From NCBI GenBank assembly GCA_026016205.1, contig CP061209.1, positions 448,433 through 512,432 of the forward strand: a DNA stretch of 64,000 bases, in the 5' to 3' direction. Every line of letters begins with the position of its first letter. Position 1 is the stretch's first letter. Under the pieces are notes generated by a model. The model saw only the letters and a list, made by a program, of their open reading frames with translations, ran no database searches and was not told the origin of the DNA. Below are positions 1 through 9,895 of the stretch, piece by piece. Made by a program: the position numbers and the translations under genes. This stretch comes from Methanosarcinales archaeon. Lineage in GTDB: Archaea > Halobacteriota > UBA148 > JAUWXC01.

Positions 1-1
1 G

Positions 2-724
2 ATGAAACGATTCTTCAGGGCGAAAAGCAGAATCGCCGGCTCGTTAGCGATGCCTTTCTTCTTCCTCGCATTTCTCGGAACCGGCTTTATGAACGTCAGG
101 TTTTCAGGTATGCCTCCCGGCGTCAATTACATCGACTTTCTTGCCCCTGGAGTCATTGGAATGATCCTGCTCTTTGCCTCTTTGACTGCTGGAATCTCCG
201 TCCTCTGGGATAGAGAGTTTGGCTTTCTAAAAGAGATAATGGTCACACCGGTCAGCAGGGTTTCGATTGTTTTGGGGAGAATTCTCGGTGGAGTGTCAAC
301 GGCGCTGATTCAAGGAATCCTGATATTACTAATCTCCATTGGAATGGGAAGTAAGATCGTTGGAATTTTCGGGGTTCTTTCCTCGCTGGTGTTTATGGTT
401 CTCATCTCCGCTGGTTTTGTAGGTTTAGGCATAGCAATTGCATCCAGGATGAAGGACATACATGGATTCTCATTAATTATGAATTTCGTGATAATGCCAA
501 TCTTCCTTCTATCTGGTGCCCTGTTCCCTCTGGAGGGGTTGCCAACATGGTTAATCACCCTGGCTTACATCGATCCTTTAACCTATGGGGTTGATGGCCT
601 AAGGGGGTGCTTGATCGGCATCTCGCATTTTAATTTGCTTGTAGATTTTCTGATATTGCTGTGCTTTTGTATTGTTATGGTCGGCATAGGTGCATATTTA
701 TTTGAGAAGACTGAAGTAGATTAG
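2..724 (+). CDS. ABC-2 type transporter permease (5' partial, open at window edge)
   Basis: The ORF runs off the window start. It has multiple hydrophobic spans and a typical ABC-2 permease look (FLAPGVIGMILLF, LTYGVDGLRG). Confidence 0.6.
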   Translation: MKRFFRAKSRIAGSLAMPFFFLAFLGTGFMNVRFSGMPPGVNYIDFLAPGVIGMILLFASLTAGISVLWDREFGFLKEIMVTPVSRVSIVLGRILGGVSTALIQGILILLISIGMGSKIVGIFGVLSSLVFMVLISAGFVGLGIAIASRMKDIHGFSLIMNFVIMPIFLLSGALFPLEGLPTWLITLAYIDPLTYGVDGLRGCLIGISHFNLLVDFLILLCFCIVMVGIGAYLFEKTEVD

Positions 725-738
725 ATGGGGAGAGGAAG

Positions 739-1935
739 ATGAAAATGAGGATAATTAGAGCATCGTGCATTTTGCTTGTTGCAGCACTTCTTATACCAGC
801 AATCGCGATTGCGGATACCCCTACCGTTGTGGTCACGGGCTATCAGATAAATCCAGAGGTGTTAATGCCTGGGGACATTGGCACAATCAAGATTACGATA
901 ACAAATACGGCGGCGACGGCAACGCAGGTAGACACGAGTACATATACAGTAGGGGGGAGTGGTACTACCACGACCACTACTACAACAGTCAACGCAGATA
1001 TTCAGAGTATATACCTGTTCGGCAACGGGCTGACCGTGCTCAGCGGCAACTACAGAAACGTTGGCGAACTTGGACCTGGCCAGAGTACTACAATCACATT
1101 TACAATAGAAGCTCCTACCAAAGATGATACATACTTCCCGAAAGTCTGGATTGATGTACTGGGTGGAAGAAGTGCCAAGTACCCGATTCCAGTAAAAGTA
1201 GACAGCTCGAGTGTATCCCTTACGGCATCTGAAATGCCATCGGTAATTTTGAAAGACGATGCATCCCAAGTGAAGCTAAGCATCGCAAACAAAAGACCGA
1301 ATTCGATTAACAGCACGGTAGTAACACCGATGGCAGATGGCATTGCATTTGCTCCTACCGAGATTTTCTTGGGTGCGATGAAGCCAGATGAACAGTCTAC
1401 TGCCACGTTTACCTTGCATCCAACGTCTCTAGGCAAAAAAGACGTTACCTTTGTACTAACCTACCAAAATGGTGATAACTCCCATTCTGAAAGTCTAACG
1501 TGCTCTATAGATGTAATAGAAGGCTCTGGAGTTAAACTGATATTAGCCGAATATCCAACCTCGGTGGTAAAGGGCAAAAGCGCCAGAATCGAGTTGGATG
1601 TTGTAAATGCGAGATCAAGCGACATTACCAGTGTCAGTGTCGTTCCTATAATAGAAGGGCGCTTTACGCCATCAGAGGTGTTCATAGGTACGATGGAGCA
1701 GGATGATGTATTTTCAGCCAATTTTGACGTTGATACATCAGACTTGGCGCTTGGAACCAATGACATCGGCTTTAAAGTGACGTACAAAGACGGCAGAGGA
1801 TTTCATGAATCCGGAGCATATGCGGTGTCTATCGATATCGTTGAGGTGCCCGTAGAACTACCATCAACGCTCCTGTTGATAATCTTCATCGCTGTCTCAG
1901 CCGTTGGATACTACGTATATCGACGCAGGCGCTAA
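739..1935 (+). CDS. Exported cell-surface protein with beta-sandwich (COG1361/CARDB-like) repeats and a C-terminal TM anchor
   Basis: N-terminal signal-like segment (ILLVAALLIPAIAIA), a poly-Thr run, and repeated segments of the 'GxxxTITFTI/ATFTL' type. The C-terminus is a hydrophobic helix followed by RRRR. It lies directly upstream of a MacB-type ABC pair. Confidence 0.55.
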   Translation: MKMRIIRASCILLVAALLIPAIAIADTPTVVVTGYQINPEVLMPGDIGTIKITITNTAATATQVDTSTYTVGGSGTTTTTTTTVNADIQSIYLFGNGLTVLSGNYRNVGELGPGQSTTITFTIEAPTKDDTYFPKVWIDVLGGRSAKYPIPVKVDSSSVSLTASEMPSVILKDDASQVKLSIANKRPNSINSTVVTPMADGIAFAPTEIFLGAMKPDEQSTATFTLHPTSLGKKDVTFVLTYQNGDNSHSESLTCSIDVIEGSGVKLILAEYPTSVVKGKSARIELDVVNARSSDITSVSVVPIIEGRFTPSEVFIGTMEQDDVFSANFDVDTSDLALGTNDIGFKVTYKDGRGFHESGAYAVSIDIVEVPVELPSTLLLIIFIAVSAVGYYVYRRRR

Positions 1936-1938
1936 AAT

Positions 1939-2616
1939 ATGAGCACAATGATTCGCACCGTTGAACTGACAAAAACTTACAGAATGGGCGAGATAGAGGT
2001 ACCGGCGCTCAGAAGTGTTAACCTGGAGGTAAACAAGGGGGATTTTGTAGCCATACAGGGACCTTCTGGCTCTGGGAAGTCGACCTTACTGAACATGATA
2101 GGCTGCCTGGATCACCCGACAAGCGGCACTGTTTTTATCGACGGCACTGACACATCAACGCTCAATGATGACGAACAGGCGAAAATTAGGCGCGAAAAAA
2201 TCGGATTTATTTTCCAGCAGTTCAACTTGATTCATACGCTCTCTGCGTTGGAGAACGTCGCGTTTCCGATGATGTTCACTGGAGTTGCACGTGAAAAAAG
2301 GATTGAACGAGCGAAGGAGTTATTAGAGACTCTGGGCTTGCTCGAAAGGGCGAGGCACAAACCTTCAGAACTTAGTGGAGGCGAACAACAAAGGGTTGCT
2401 ATTGCCCGGGCATTAGCCAATAATCCCCCAGTAATTCTTGGTGATGAGCCAACTGGTAATCTGGATACAAAATCAGGCAAAGTGATGATGGATTTCTTGG
2501 AGAAACTAAACGACAAAGGTGAGACGCTCATCATCGTGACACATGACCCGGAAATTGCTGCGCGAGCGCACAGAATTATCACTATGAGAGACGGTATCCT
2601 GAGGGATAAAAAATGA
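1939..2616 (+). CDS. ABC transporter ATP-binding protein (MacB/LolD-like)
   Basis: Walker A GPSGSGKST, signature LSGGEQQR, Walker B ILGDEPT, H-loop VTHD. Confidence 0.9.
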   Translation: MSTMIRTVELTKTYRMGEIEVPALRSVNLEVNKGDFVAIQGPSGSGKSTLLNMIGCLDHPTSGTVFIDGTDTSTLNDDEQAKIRREKIGFIFQQFNLIHTLSALENVAFPMMFTGVAREKRIERAKELLETLGLLERARHKPSELSGGEQQRVAIARALANNPPVILGDEPTGNLDTKSGKVMMDFLEKLNDKGETLIIVTHDPEIAARAHRIITMRDGILRDKK

Positions 2617-3800
2617 TCGGCATGGATGGCATTATCCTAGCATATAGGAACATAAAGGAGCGCAGAACCCGCTCCCTGTTAACCCTTTTGGGCATAGCCG
2701 TAGGTATAGCAGCGATAATTTCATTGATAGCAGTAGGGCATGGCATGCAGTATGCGATAACAGAGGAACTCGCCAGTCTGGCTGATACCATAATCGTATT
2801 CCCTGGAAGAATGATCCATGGAAGGGGATACGTCGAGTTGGGCGCCTTTACGGAAAGGGATATCAACGATATAGGGCGCATTGGAGGAATCGAAGACATA
2901 GTTGCTTTTACGAGTGGAATCGTTGATGTTGAATATAGGCGTGAACGGACTTCTTTAGAGTTGGTTGGCGGGGACCCGACCGACATGGAAGAACTAATGG
3001 GAGAAATGGTATATCTTGAAGAAGGGCGATGGATACGTGAGCGCGACTACAAGGGATGCGTGATCGGGTACAGCGTTGCGCATGACTATTTCGAGGAAGA
3101 CGTAGGTCTTAACGATCGCATGACAATCAACGAGTCAGAGTTCGTGGTCGTTGGAATCTTTGAGAAACGAGGTGACGACACGGACACTCAAGTATTCGTT
3201 CCCATGAGAACTGCCCAGGATGTCTTAGGAACAGATGATTTGAAGAGCATAATGGTACGAGTCAGGGATATTAATAGGGTTGAAGAAATAGCGGAAGAGA
3301 TTGAAGAAAGAATAAACGAGAACCATAATCTAGATGACTTCGCTCAAACGATGACGATGACTTCGATGATAGAACAGATAGGAATCGTTTTCATGATCGT
3401 ACAGGTCGTGCTGGTCGGCATCGCATCGATCGCACTCATCGTGGGATGCATAGGTATCATGAACACCATGCTGATGTCAGTCATGGAGCGCACGCATGAG
3501 ATAGGAATCATGAAGGCGATCGGCGCCACCAACAGAAACATCATGTTCTTATTTTTGATGGAGGCGGGGATGATTAGCTTGATAGGTGGCATATTAGGGT
3601 GTATATTGGGAACTATCGTTGCCAAGGCGATAGGTACGATAGCCAGCGCGTATATAGGAATGGACATGCCAGCCATCGTAACCCCAACCGTCGCGGTCGG
3701 CAGCATACTCATTGCGGTCTTGGTTGGGGCTATATCAGGTTTGTATCCGGCGAGAAAGGCAGCGAAGATGAGTCCTATCGAAGCAGTTAGATATGAGTAG
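2613..3800 (+). CDS. ABC transporter permease, FtsX/MacB family
   Basis: 4-nt overlap with the ATPase gene. One N-terminal TM, a large periplasmic-type domain and a C-terminal 3-TM FtsX-like module (MKAIGATNRNI motif). Confidence 0.8.
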   Translation: MIGMDGIILAYRNIKERRTRSLLTLLGIAVGIAAIISLIAVGHGMQYAITEELASLADTIIVFPGRMIHGRGYVELGAFTERDINDIGRIGGIEDIVAFTSGIVDVEYRRERTSLELVGGDPTDMEELMGEMVYLEEGRWIRERDYKGCVIGYSVAHDYFEEDVGLNDRMTINESEFVVVGIFEKRGDDTDTQVFVPMRTAQDVLGTDDLKSIMVRVRDINRVEEIAEEIEERINENHNLDDFAQTMTMTSMIEQIGIVFMIVQVVLVGIASIALIVGCIGIMNTMLMSVMERTHEIGIMKAIGATNRNIMFLFLMEAGMISLIGGILGCILGTIVAKAIGTIASAYIGMDMPAIVTPTVAVGSILIAVLVGAISGLYPARKAAKMSPIEAVRYE

Positions 3801-3823
3801 AGTGGCATAATATAGTGGTATAA

Positions 3824-4231
3824 ATGACAGAAATTCAGCCAAAGACCGATGAAGAGATTGAGCGTCTTAGACAAGAATTTGAAGAAATAAAGATGGAGCG
3901 ACTTAAGGAGCAGTTTAGAGAAGTCAAGGCAGAGCGTCTCAAGAAAACACTGGAAGAAACTCCGGAGCAAGGAATACAAGAAAGGCATAAGGAAATTAGA
4001 GATGTGAAAAAGTCGAGTATCATCGTTACTAAAATAAAATCTGCACTCATAATACTTGTAGGGGTGGTATTCGTGTTCTTGGGCGGCTTTTTCTTGGGCA
4101 GTTTAAATCTGGTCGATTTCCCAGAATTGATAACTCCGCCGGTCCTTCAGGATTTAAGTTATGTCGCCCTTGGGCTTGGCATCATCTTGTTGGTGGCGGG
4201 GGCATATACAGGTTTCGTAAGGCGTAGGTGA
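3824..4231 (+). CDS. Hypothetical membrane protein (charged coiled-coil N-terminus, two C-terminal TM helices)
   Basis: ORF with an E/K/R-rich N-terminal half and a hydrophobic C-terminal half. No family recognised. Confidence 0.4.
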   Translation: MTEIQPKTDEEIERLRQEFEEIKMERLKEQFREVKAERLKKTLEETPEQGIQERHKEIRDVKKSSIIVTKIKSALIILVGVVFVFLGGFFLGSLNLVDFPELITPPVLQDLSYVALGLGIILLVAGAYTGFVRRR

Positions 4232-4254
4232 ATTGTTGTTTTACGCAAGATCAA

Positions 4255-4959
4255 TCATTTGAGGCGCACCGCATACGAAATCCTGTACTGGTTTTTTCCA
4301 TCCTTGTGCCCAACCAATTTTGCGGACTCGGAAAGTGCTCCGCCGAATTCACTGACAATCCTCTTGGATATCTGCTTGCCAACTTTAGCAGAGCCGACGT
4401 AGATATCAATACCCTCTCTCAACTCTTTTATGTTTGAGATGAATGCCATTCTGTCACTTTTCTGAGCTTGCTGAATCATGTTCTGCGCGACCTTCTTGGA
4501 TTTTGACCTTTCTTCGGCTGTTGGAAAACGCCCTTCTGCCCGGATCTGCACAATGGCAGCATAGTAACCTCCAGCAATTCTGCTGCACCTGTCGCACGAT
4601 TCCTTTTTGGCTTTGACTATAATATCATATTCCTTGGATACGTTCTCGCATTTCACCACAGCATTGACGTCGATGTGCACTTTTACGGCACCCTTATCCA
4701 GCAGTTCAGGCTTAAACGTAATATGTACGTCTTCAGCCACGGGATTAATCGTCACTTGACTTTTCACAAGCGAAGTTGCCAGGTCAAGGGAGTCGCACTC
4801 CATCCATTTTCCTCTCCAGAAGCAAGAGTCGCAGGTAGGGCAGACCTTGATTTCTAGCAGGGGGCACTCGACCAGAGCGAAACGCTCTAGAAAGCACTGG
4901 GCACAGAGCCCGCCCTCTGATGCGCGGCCACAGTTGGGACAAAAAAGAGGAGACGCCAT
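4255..4959 (-). CDS. NMD3-family protein (archaeal 60S export/ribosome biogenesis factor homologue)
   Basis: N-terminal double Cys clusters CPNCGR...LCAQCF and CPTCDSC are typical of the NMD3 N-domain. The gene lies 4 nt downstream of the DUF424 gene. Confidence 0.65.
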   Translation of the reverse strand: MASPLFCPNCGRASEGGLCAQCFLERFALVECPLLEIKVCPTCDSCFWRGKWMECDSLDLATSLVKSQVTINPVAEDVHITFKPELLDKGAVKVHIDVNAVVKCENVSKEYDIIVKAKKESCDRCSRIAGGYYAAIVQIRAEGRFPTAEERSKSKKVAQNMIQQAQKSDRMAFISNIKELREGIDIYVGSAKVGKQISKRIVSEFGGALSESAKLVGHKDGKNQYRISYAVRLK

Positions 4960-4963
4960 ATTT

Positions 4964-5254
4964 TCACATCCTCACTGCCTGGGCATGCGGTACGCCGCCT
5001 ATGGTTATAATATTCTCCTTCACAATAACTCCATTTTTTAGCGCACAACTAACTGCTTTTTTCCCTAATAGATTGGCAATGGTTGCCTCTTTAAGTGCCT
5101 CTGCTACTGCACCCTCTGAAGCCATGTCGCCCTTGTAAAATAGCTCTGATGCCTCGATTCTGAGTCCGCCTTCAGAAAACGTTTTTCCAAGGAGCCCCCT
5201 GTCACATACCGCAACCATTACATTGTGTCCACTTCTGTAAATCTTGAGATACAT
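4964..5254 (-). CDS. DUF424-family protein
   Basis: 96 aa. The MYLKIYR...VAVCDRGLLGK N-terminus matches my recollection of DUF424/COG2412. It lies 2 nt downstream of mcm. Confidence 0.55.
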   Translation of the reverse strand: MYLKIYRSGHNVMVAVCDRGLLGKTFSEGGLRIEASELFYKGDMASEGAVAEALKEATIANLLGKKAVSCALKNGVIVKENIITIGGVPHAQAVRM

Positions 5255-5256
5255 GT

Positions 5257-7350
5257 CTATGCCAATTTGAGATACCCTGTAGCCGGCTCAAAGATATCTC
5301 CCTGTTGTTTTAATTTAGCAATAAGTTCCTCAACCATGTCCTTGGAGATGCCCTGTGCTTGTGCCTTGTCATAGATATCTTCTTTAGGCGCTCTCCCTCC
5401 ATACTCCTTCTCCAGTTCTCGTATGACCTCCCTGAGCATTTTGATCTTATCCCGCTGGCTCTTGCTGGTTCCGACTGCTATTATATCTACATCGAACTGC
5501 CCGGTCTCAGGGTCGATCGCCACCTTCTTCATACACGATTCCATGATTCTTATTGCCCTATTTGCATCATCTTCTGTGACAACATCGCTCAATCGAATCC
5601 TTGCTGAAGCCTCTGCCAATCGTACTAACGCTTCCAGAGAGCGTGCAGTCACTGGAACTGGAGAGTCGACGCCTATGCCCTGTTTGCGGAGCCTTAAATA
5701 GAACTCGATTAACTGCTGTTTGGCATCATCTTTCAGTATTGGATATGTCCGCTTGGCGTAAGCGATATATTTTCTAAACAACCCCGGCTCGACCTCTGGC
5801 CGAATCACCTCCATAGCAGATTCTACATCTGTCTCGCTGACTTTTCCAGAAGGAAATTTCTTGATATGCTCTGCTAATTCCCCTGCATAGTGAGCTCGAA
5901 GAATATGCTCTGCGATTTTTGCATCAAATGCCTCATCAGGCTCATCTGCAAGGGGAAAAATCAAGTCAAATCTGGACAAAAGCGCAGGTGGCAAGTTGAT
6001 CTGGTTTGCTATTGACTCATACCTGTCAAATCTGCCATATTTTGGGTTAGCAGCACCAAGCAATGCGCACCTCGACCTCAACATGGCCATGATACCTGCC
6101 TTGGCTATACTAACGGTCTGCTGCTCCATCGCCTCGTGCAATGCACTTCTATCTTCTTGTCTCATCTTGTCAAGCTCATCAACTGCTGCAATGCCCTTAT
6201 CTGCAAGCACGAGCGCACCCGCCTCAAGAGTCCAACGCCCCTCTCCAAATTCGTCTTTAACAGCGGTGGCGGTCAATCCAGCCGCTGTCGTACCCTTGCC
6301 ACTGGTATAAATGCCCCTTGGAGCAAGTGTCGCGATATATCTAAGCAATTGAGACTTCGCAGTGCCAGGGTCTCCGACCAGGAGCACATGAATGTCGCCT
6401 CTTATCTTGGAGCCGTCTGGAAGCGACTTTGGGATGCCAGCGAACAGCTGAAGTGCTATCGCCTCCTTGATGTCATCATATCCAAAAATGGTAGGTGCAA
6501 TCGAATTGATAACAATCTTGTAAATATTTGGCATTTCCGATAACTTGAGAATCTCCTTTTCCTCTTCCTTGGATATATCCAGCTCCTCGAATTCCTGCTC
6601 CTGTATTTCGATGGATATGCATCTAAGATATACATCAAAAAACGTGCTTTTCCCTGCCGGAGAGGTTCGCTGGTAAGAGTGAAGGATGCCTGTGACGATG
6701 ACCCTATCACCTGGCGTCACAATTCCTGCCAGGTCATCCTCTATGTTTACGTCAAGGGTTTGGGGCTGTTCCCCGCCCCTCAGATCCTCTGGAGACTCCT
6801 GAATCTGCAGTTTTTGTGCGTCCACAAAAATGGATTCATTTAAACTCAATTTGAATGGTCCATTTCTATTACAATTTTCACATGTATATGGCTCAGTGAA
6901 TTTTGTTCCAACCTGTTCTTGATAAGTGACACGTTCGCATCGCATGCATTTAAAAGCAGCCTTGATGATTTTGGGCCTAACAGACGTTGCCTTGCGTATC
7001 AGTCCCTCTATTGCAATCAGCCTTGATATGTGGTCACTTCTTAATTTTCTGATTTGAACCCTTTCAGGAATCTTAATTATCCTGACGTGCGCTTCGTCGA
7101 GCGGTTCACCGGTCGGTGTTGCAAAGGATTGTAAAGCCTCTTCCAGGTCTGGCAAAACGTCATCGGGGCGCTCCAGCAAGACATCAGCGAGTTCTGGATC
7201 TTTTTTGACAATATCTGGGAACTCTATGAGCAGGCTCCTTTCCTCTGGATACACACTGGCTAACCGAAGGATATGCTCCTTGTAGTACCGTTCTAAGAAC
7301 TCTTCCCACCTGGAAACCGTATCGCCTGGCATTTTTTCAACTCTTTGCAT
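5257..7350 (-). CDS. mcm: MCM replicative helicase
   Basis: Zn finger CMRCERV...CENCN, Walker A GDPGTAKS, Walker B AAVDELDKM, arginine finger SRFDLIF. I chose the ATG at 7350 because it overlaps the upstream stop (ATGA). The ORF-track start at 7407 would overlap the upstream gene by 58 nt. Confidence 0.92.
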   Translation of the reverse strand: MQRVEKMPGDTVSRWEEFLERYYKEHILRLASVYPEERSLLIEFPDIVKKDPELADVLLERPDDVLPDLEEALQSFATPTGEPLDEAHVRIIKIPERVQIRKLRSDHISRLIAIEGLIRKATSVRPKIIKAAFKCMRCERVTYQEQVGTKFTEPYTCENCNRNGPFKLSLNESIFVDAQKLQIQESPEDLRGGEQPQTLDVNIEDDLAGIVTPGDRVIVTGILHSYQRTSPAGKSTFFDVYLRCISIEIQEQEFEELDISKEEEKEILKLSEMPNIYKIVINSIAPTIFGYDDIKEAIALQLFAGIPKSLPDGSKIRGDIHVLLVGDPGTAKSQLLRYIATLAPRGIYTSGKGTTAAGLTATAVKDEFGEGRWTLEAGALVLADKGIAAVDELDKMRQEDRSALHEAMEQQTVSIAKAGIMAMLRSRCALLGAANPKYGRFDRYESIANQINLPPALLSRFDLIFPLADEPDEAFDAKIAEHILRAHYAGELAEHIKKFPSGKVSETDVESAMEVIRPEVEPGLFRKYIAYAKRTYPILKDDAKQQLIEFYLRLRKQGIGVDSPVPVTARSLEALVRLAEASARIRLSDVVTEDDANRAIRIMESCMKKVAIDPETGQFDVDIIAVGTSKSQRDKIKMLREVIRELEKEYGGRAPKEDIYDKAQAQGISKDMVEELIAKLKQQGDIFEPATGYLKLA

Positions 7351-8189
7351 CAAATATCTATCGTAACCCCATATACTTTTTCTGGATGGTCTTTGTGAAT
7401 CGCCCAAAATACGTCTTCATCAATGCCTTTTTTGATAAACTGCTTCGTCCTGCGTGGAACAGTTTTTGGCCCGAGAACGACGCCCGGCCTGTCAAAGTCA
7501 TCGATATAATCAGTTTCCATCATAAATCTGTCCCCTTGTGATAAAGCGACATTCAGCGCATCTTCACTGGCGAGTATTGACGGAAAAATGCCAATACTTT
7601 GATAGGCGGATATCATTGGGGGAGAGTAATGCTTGACTATTTTGTCCGGGGTCAATCCAGCATTACTTGCCATCTTGGCTATCTCTGCCAATCCCTCTGG
7701 AGTTGTGCTTTCAGTATGCAGTTGAACAGCGCACCCGACTTCGCTTGCCAATTTCATCCCATAAGACATGATTTCATTGGATGCATGCCATTCGGCATCG
7801 CTGACTTCGTAGTGAGGCCTGCCTGTCTTGATTGCTATCGCATGCCCCTCTTTTACAAAATCGATGGCAATCTCTAAACCACGATATATCACTTGTTTGG
7901 CTTTATCCAATTCAAAGCGCTTTGCCAATCTCGTGAGTTCTACGGGGTGAATTCCAAGAATTGGAAAGGCCGTTACCTTGGTCTGTTCATTGATCATCCC
8001 CGCAATTCTTATGGTCTGTTCAAACACTGATTTGAAATCGTCAGGAGATGTAACCTCTATGCCAAAACTCTGTGCCGTCTTTGAGACCAAAAATATGTGT
8101 GTGCCTCCTGCCCTCTGAAACTGCTCCACAGCTGTGATGCCAAGCCCCTTCAAGTCGATGTGCATGTGGTCATCAGTAATCGGCATCAT
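7350..8189 (-). CDS. TatD-related metal-dependent hydrolase (TIM-barrel, COG1099-like)
   Basis: MPITDDHMHID N-terminal metal-binding motif and further His/Asp motifs (QLHTES, METDY). The start was trimmed to the Met just after the upstream stop. Confidence 0.55.
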   Translation of the reverse strand: MMPITDDHMHIDLKGLGITAVEQFQRAGGTHIFLVSKTAQSFGIEVTSPDDFKSVFEQTIRIAGMINEQTKVTAFPILGIHPVELTRLAKRFELDKAKQVIYRGLEIAIDFVKEGHAIAIKTGRPHYEVSDAEWHASNEIMSYGMKLASEVGCAVQLHTESTTPEGLAEIAKMASNAGLTPDKIVKHYSPPMISAYQSIGIFPSILASEDALNVALSQGDRFMMETDYIDDFDRPGVVLGPKTVPRRTKQFIKKGIDEDVFWAIHKDHPEKVYGVTIDI

Positions 8190-8190
8190 C

Positions 8191-8655
8191 TCAATCCCTC
8201 CATGCTTCAGGCACAATTATGTAGCGCCCTCCCCTCCTGCGTATTTCTGGAAACTGCACAATTTCATTTACGGTAAAGCCAACTAAACCCTTGGCATACC
8301 GTTTTCTCAATTCCGTCCAGTTTATAATATGTGCCTCTCTTGATTTGCCGCTGCCTCTTCTGAGCTCGACCGCCAAAATCCCCCTTCTACCAGACTTTTT
8401 GAGAAACTCATCTATGCGCAGAATCTGGCCGGTGCCAAAATGTTGGGTGAAATAGAGTGCAGCAGCCCCTTTTTCAGTTGATACGCTCTTGCATTCGATG
8501 CCCAAGTAGAAACTCTTGTGGGGAGAGTCAACCAAAACGTCAAGCATCTGTGATGTGAACCTATGTTGCTTTAGCCTATGGGCGATGCCTTCCACTCCAC
8601 CCTGCTTAAAAAACTGATTAAAAGATTTGACTATTTCCCGCTCAAAGTCTGTCAT
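8191..8655 (-). CDS. Hjc-like Holliday junction resolvase / PD-(D/E)xK nuclease
   Basis: FEREIVK ... DVLV ... YLGIECKS ... GILAVEL follows the E / D / ExK layout of archaeal Hjc. It has longer insertions than canonical Hjc. Confidence 0.5.
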   Translation of the reverse strand: MTDFEREIVKSFNQFFKQGGVEGIAHRLKQHRFTSQMLDVLVDSPHKSFYLGIECKSVSTEKGAAALYFTQHFGTGQILRIDEFLKKSGRRGILAVELRRGSGKSREAHIINWTELRKRYAKGLVGFTVNEIVQFPEIRRRGGRYIIVPEAWRD

Positions 8656-8731
8656 TTTTCATCTCCACAATTATAATATTTTGGTGATTGGTAATAGCCC
8701 TATGTCTAATTAACGTCACTAAAAGAATAAG

Positions 8732-8739
8732 TATAAAAA
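8732..8739 (+). promoter_or_regulatory. Candidate TATA box for orc1/cdc6
   Basis: TATAAAAA lies 44 nt upstream of the ATG at 8783, inside a 127-bp A+T-rich divergent spacer. Confidence 0.3.
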
Positions 8740-8782
8740 AACTAATCTGAGAGTAGGGCGAAAGTATTCTCAGGAGCTCAAG

Positions 8783-9895
8783 ATGTTAGGTGATGTGCTA
8801 TCGTGGGACCAGACCGTCTTCAAAAATGGCGAGATGTTTGAGTTAGACTATGTGCCAGAGCACTTTCGGCACAGGGAATCTCAGATAGAGGAGCTGATGT
8901 TCAGCATCCGCCCTGCTATGAAGGGCATGAGGCCCGTTAACACGCTCTGTTTGGGTCCGCCAGGCACCGGAAAGACCACTGCCATACTCAAAATATTTGA
9001 AGAAATTGAGAAGCACACAGCATCGGTAATTCCTGTTCACATTAATTGCCAGGTCGACAATACGAAGTACGAGATTTTCTCCAGAATATTTCAGAAAATC
9101 TATGGGTTTGCTCCACCATCATCTGGCGTTTCATTTAAAAAGATATTTGAAAAAATTGTCAAGTACCTAATAGAAAAAGAGAAAGTGTTGGTTGTTGCCC
9201 TGGATGATATCAATTACTTGTTTTATGAAAGTGAGGTAAATGACGTGCTATATACACTCCTGCGGGCACATGAAGTGCAGCCCAAGGCAAGAATTGGCGT
9301 CATCGGCGTCTTGAGTGATATAAAGATGCAGTATCAATTGGATCCAAGGGTTGCATCTGTATTTCTGCCGCGCGAAATTCTCTTTTTGCCATACACGCAA
9401 GATGAGATCCACGACATACTATCGAATAGAATCCAATACGGATTTTTTCCTGGCGTGGTTCCAGAGGACATTTTGGACAAAATCGTTGAATATGTCGAAA
9501 GTTCTGGTGATTTGAGGGTGGGCATCGACCTGCTCAAGAAGGCTGGACTTAATGCGGAGCGCAGAGCCAGTAAGTGCATATCGCTGGAAGACGTTAATGA
9601 AGCATACGAAAGCTCAAGATCTGTGCATATACAACGCGCCATCTCATCGCTGGGAGATGAAGAAAAGGTACTGCTCCGGCTAATCGCGGAGGGTGAAGAG
9701 GTCAGGGCGGGGGCACTCTATAAAAAGTTCCAGGAAAAGACAAACCTGAGATACACGCGATTTCATGAAATGCTGAACAAGCTAGATACGACCAAACTCA
9801 TCAATACTCGTTATTCTGGCAAGGGCACCAGGGGCAGGAGCAGGCTTATCTCAGTTAAAAATGCTGACGATATCTTGAAGGGATTGAGAGATTGA
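8783..9895 (+). CDS. cdc6: Orc1/Cdc6 replication initiator
   Basis: Walker A GPPGTGKT, Walker B VVALDDINYL, AAA+ lid, and a C-terminal winged-helix-like region. Confidence 0.9.
   Translation: MLGDVLSWDQTVFKNGEMFELDYVPEHFRHRESQIEELMFSIRPAMKGMRPVNTLCLGPPGTGKTTAILKIFEEIEKHTASVIPVHINCQVDNTKYEIFSRIFQKIYGFAPPSSGVSFKKIFEKIVKYLIEKEKVLVVALDDINYLFYESEVNDVLYTLLRAHEVQPKARIGVIGVLSDIKMQYQLDPRVASVFLPREILFLPYTQDEIHDILSNRIQYGFFPGVVPEDILDKIVEYVESSGDLRVGIDLLKKAGLNAERRASKCISLEDVNEAYESSRSVHIQRAISSLGDEEKVLLRLIAEGEEVRAGALYKKFQEKTNLRYTRFHEMLNKLDTTKLINTRYSGKGTRGRSRLISVKNADDILKGLRD

Noticed and set aside
955-990. An ACN-rich run as a possible tandem DNA repeat.
   Set aside because: It simply encodes a poly-Thr tract with mixed Thr codons inside the surface protein gene. 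It is not a nucleotide-level tandem repeat.
8656-8782. Possible replication origin in the A+T-rich spacer between the hjc-like/mcm operon and orc1/cdc6.
   Set aside because: The spacer is only 127 bp. I could not find repeated ORB or mini-ORB-like elements or a flanked duplex-unwinding element. It looks like an ordinary divergent promoter region. An origin may be nearby, but it cannot be supported from this sequence.
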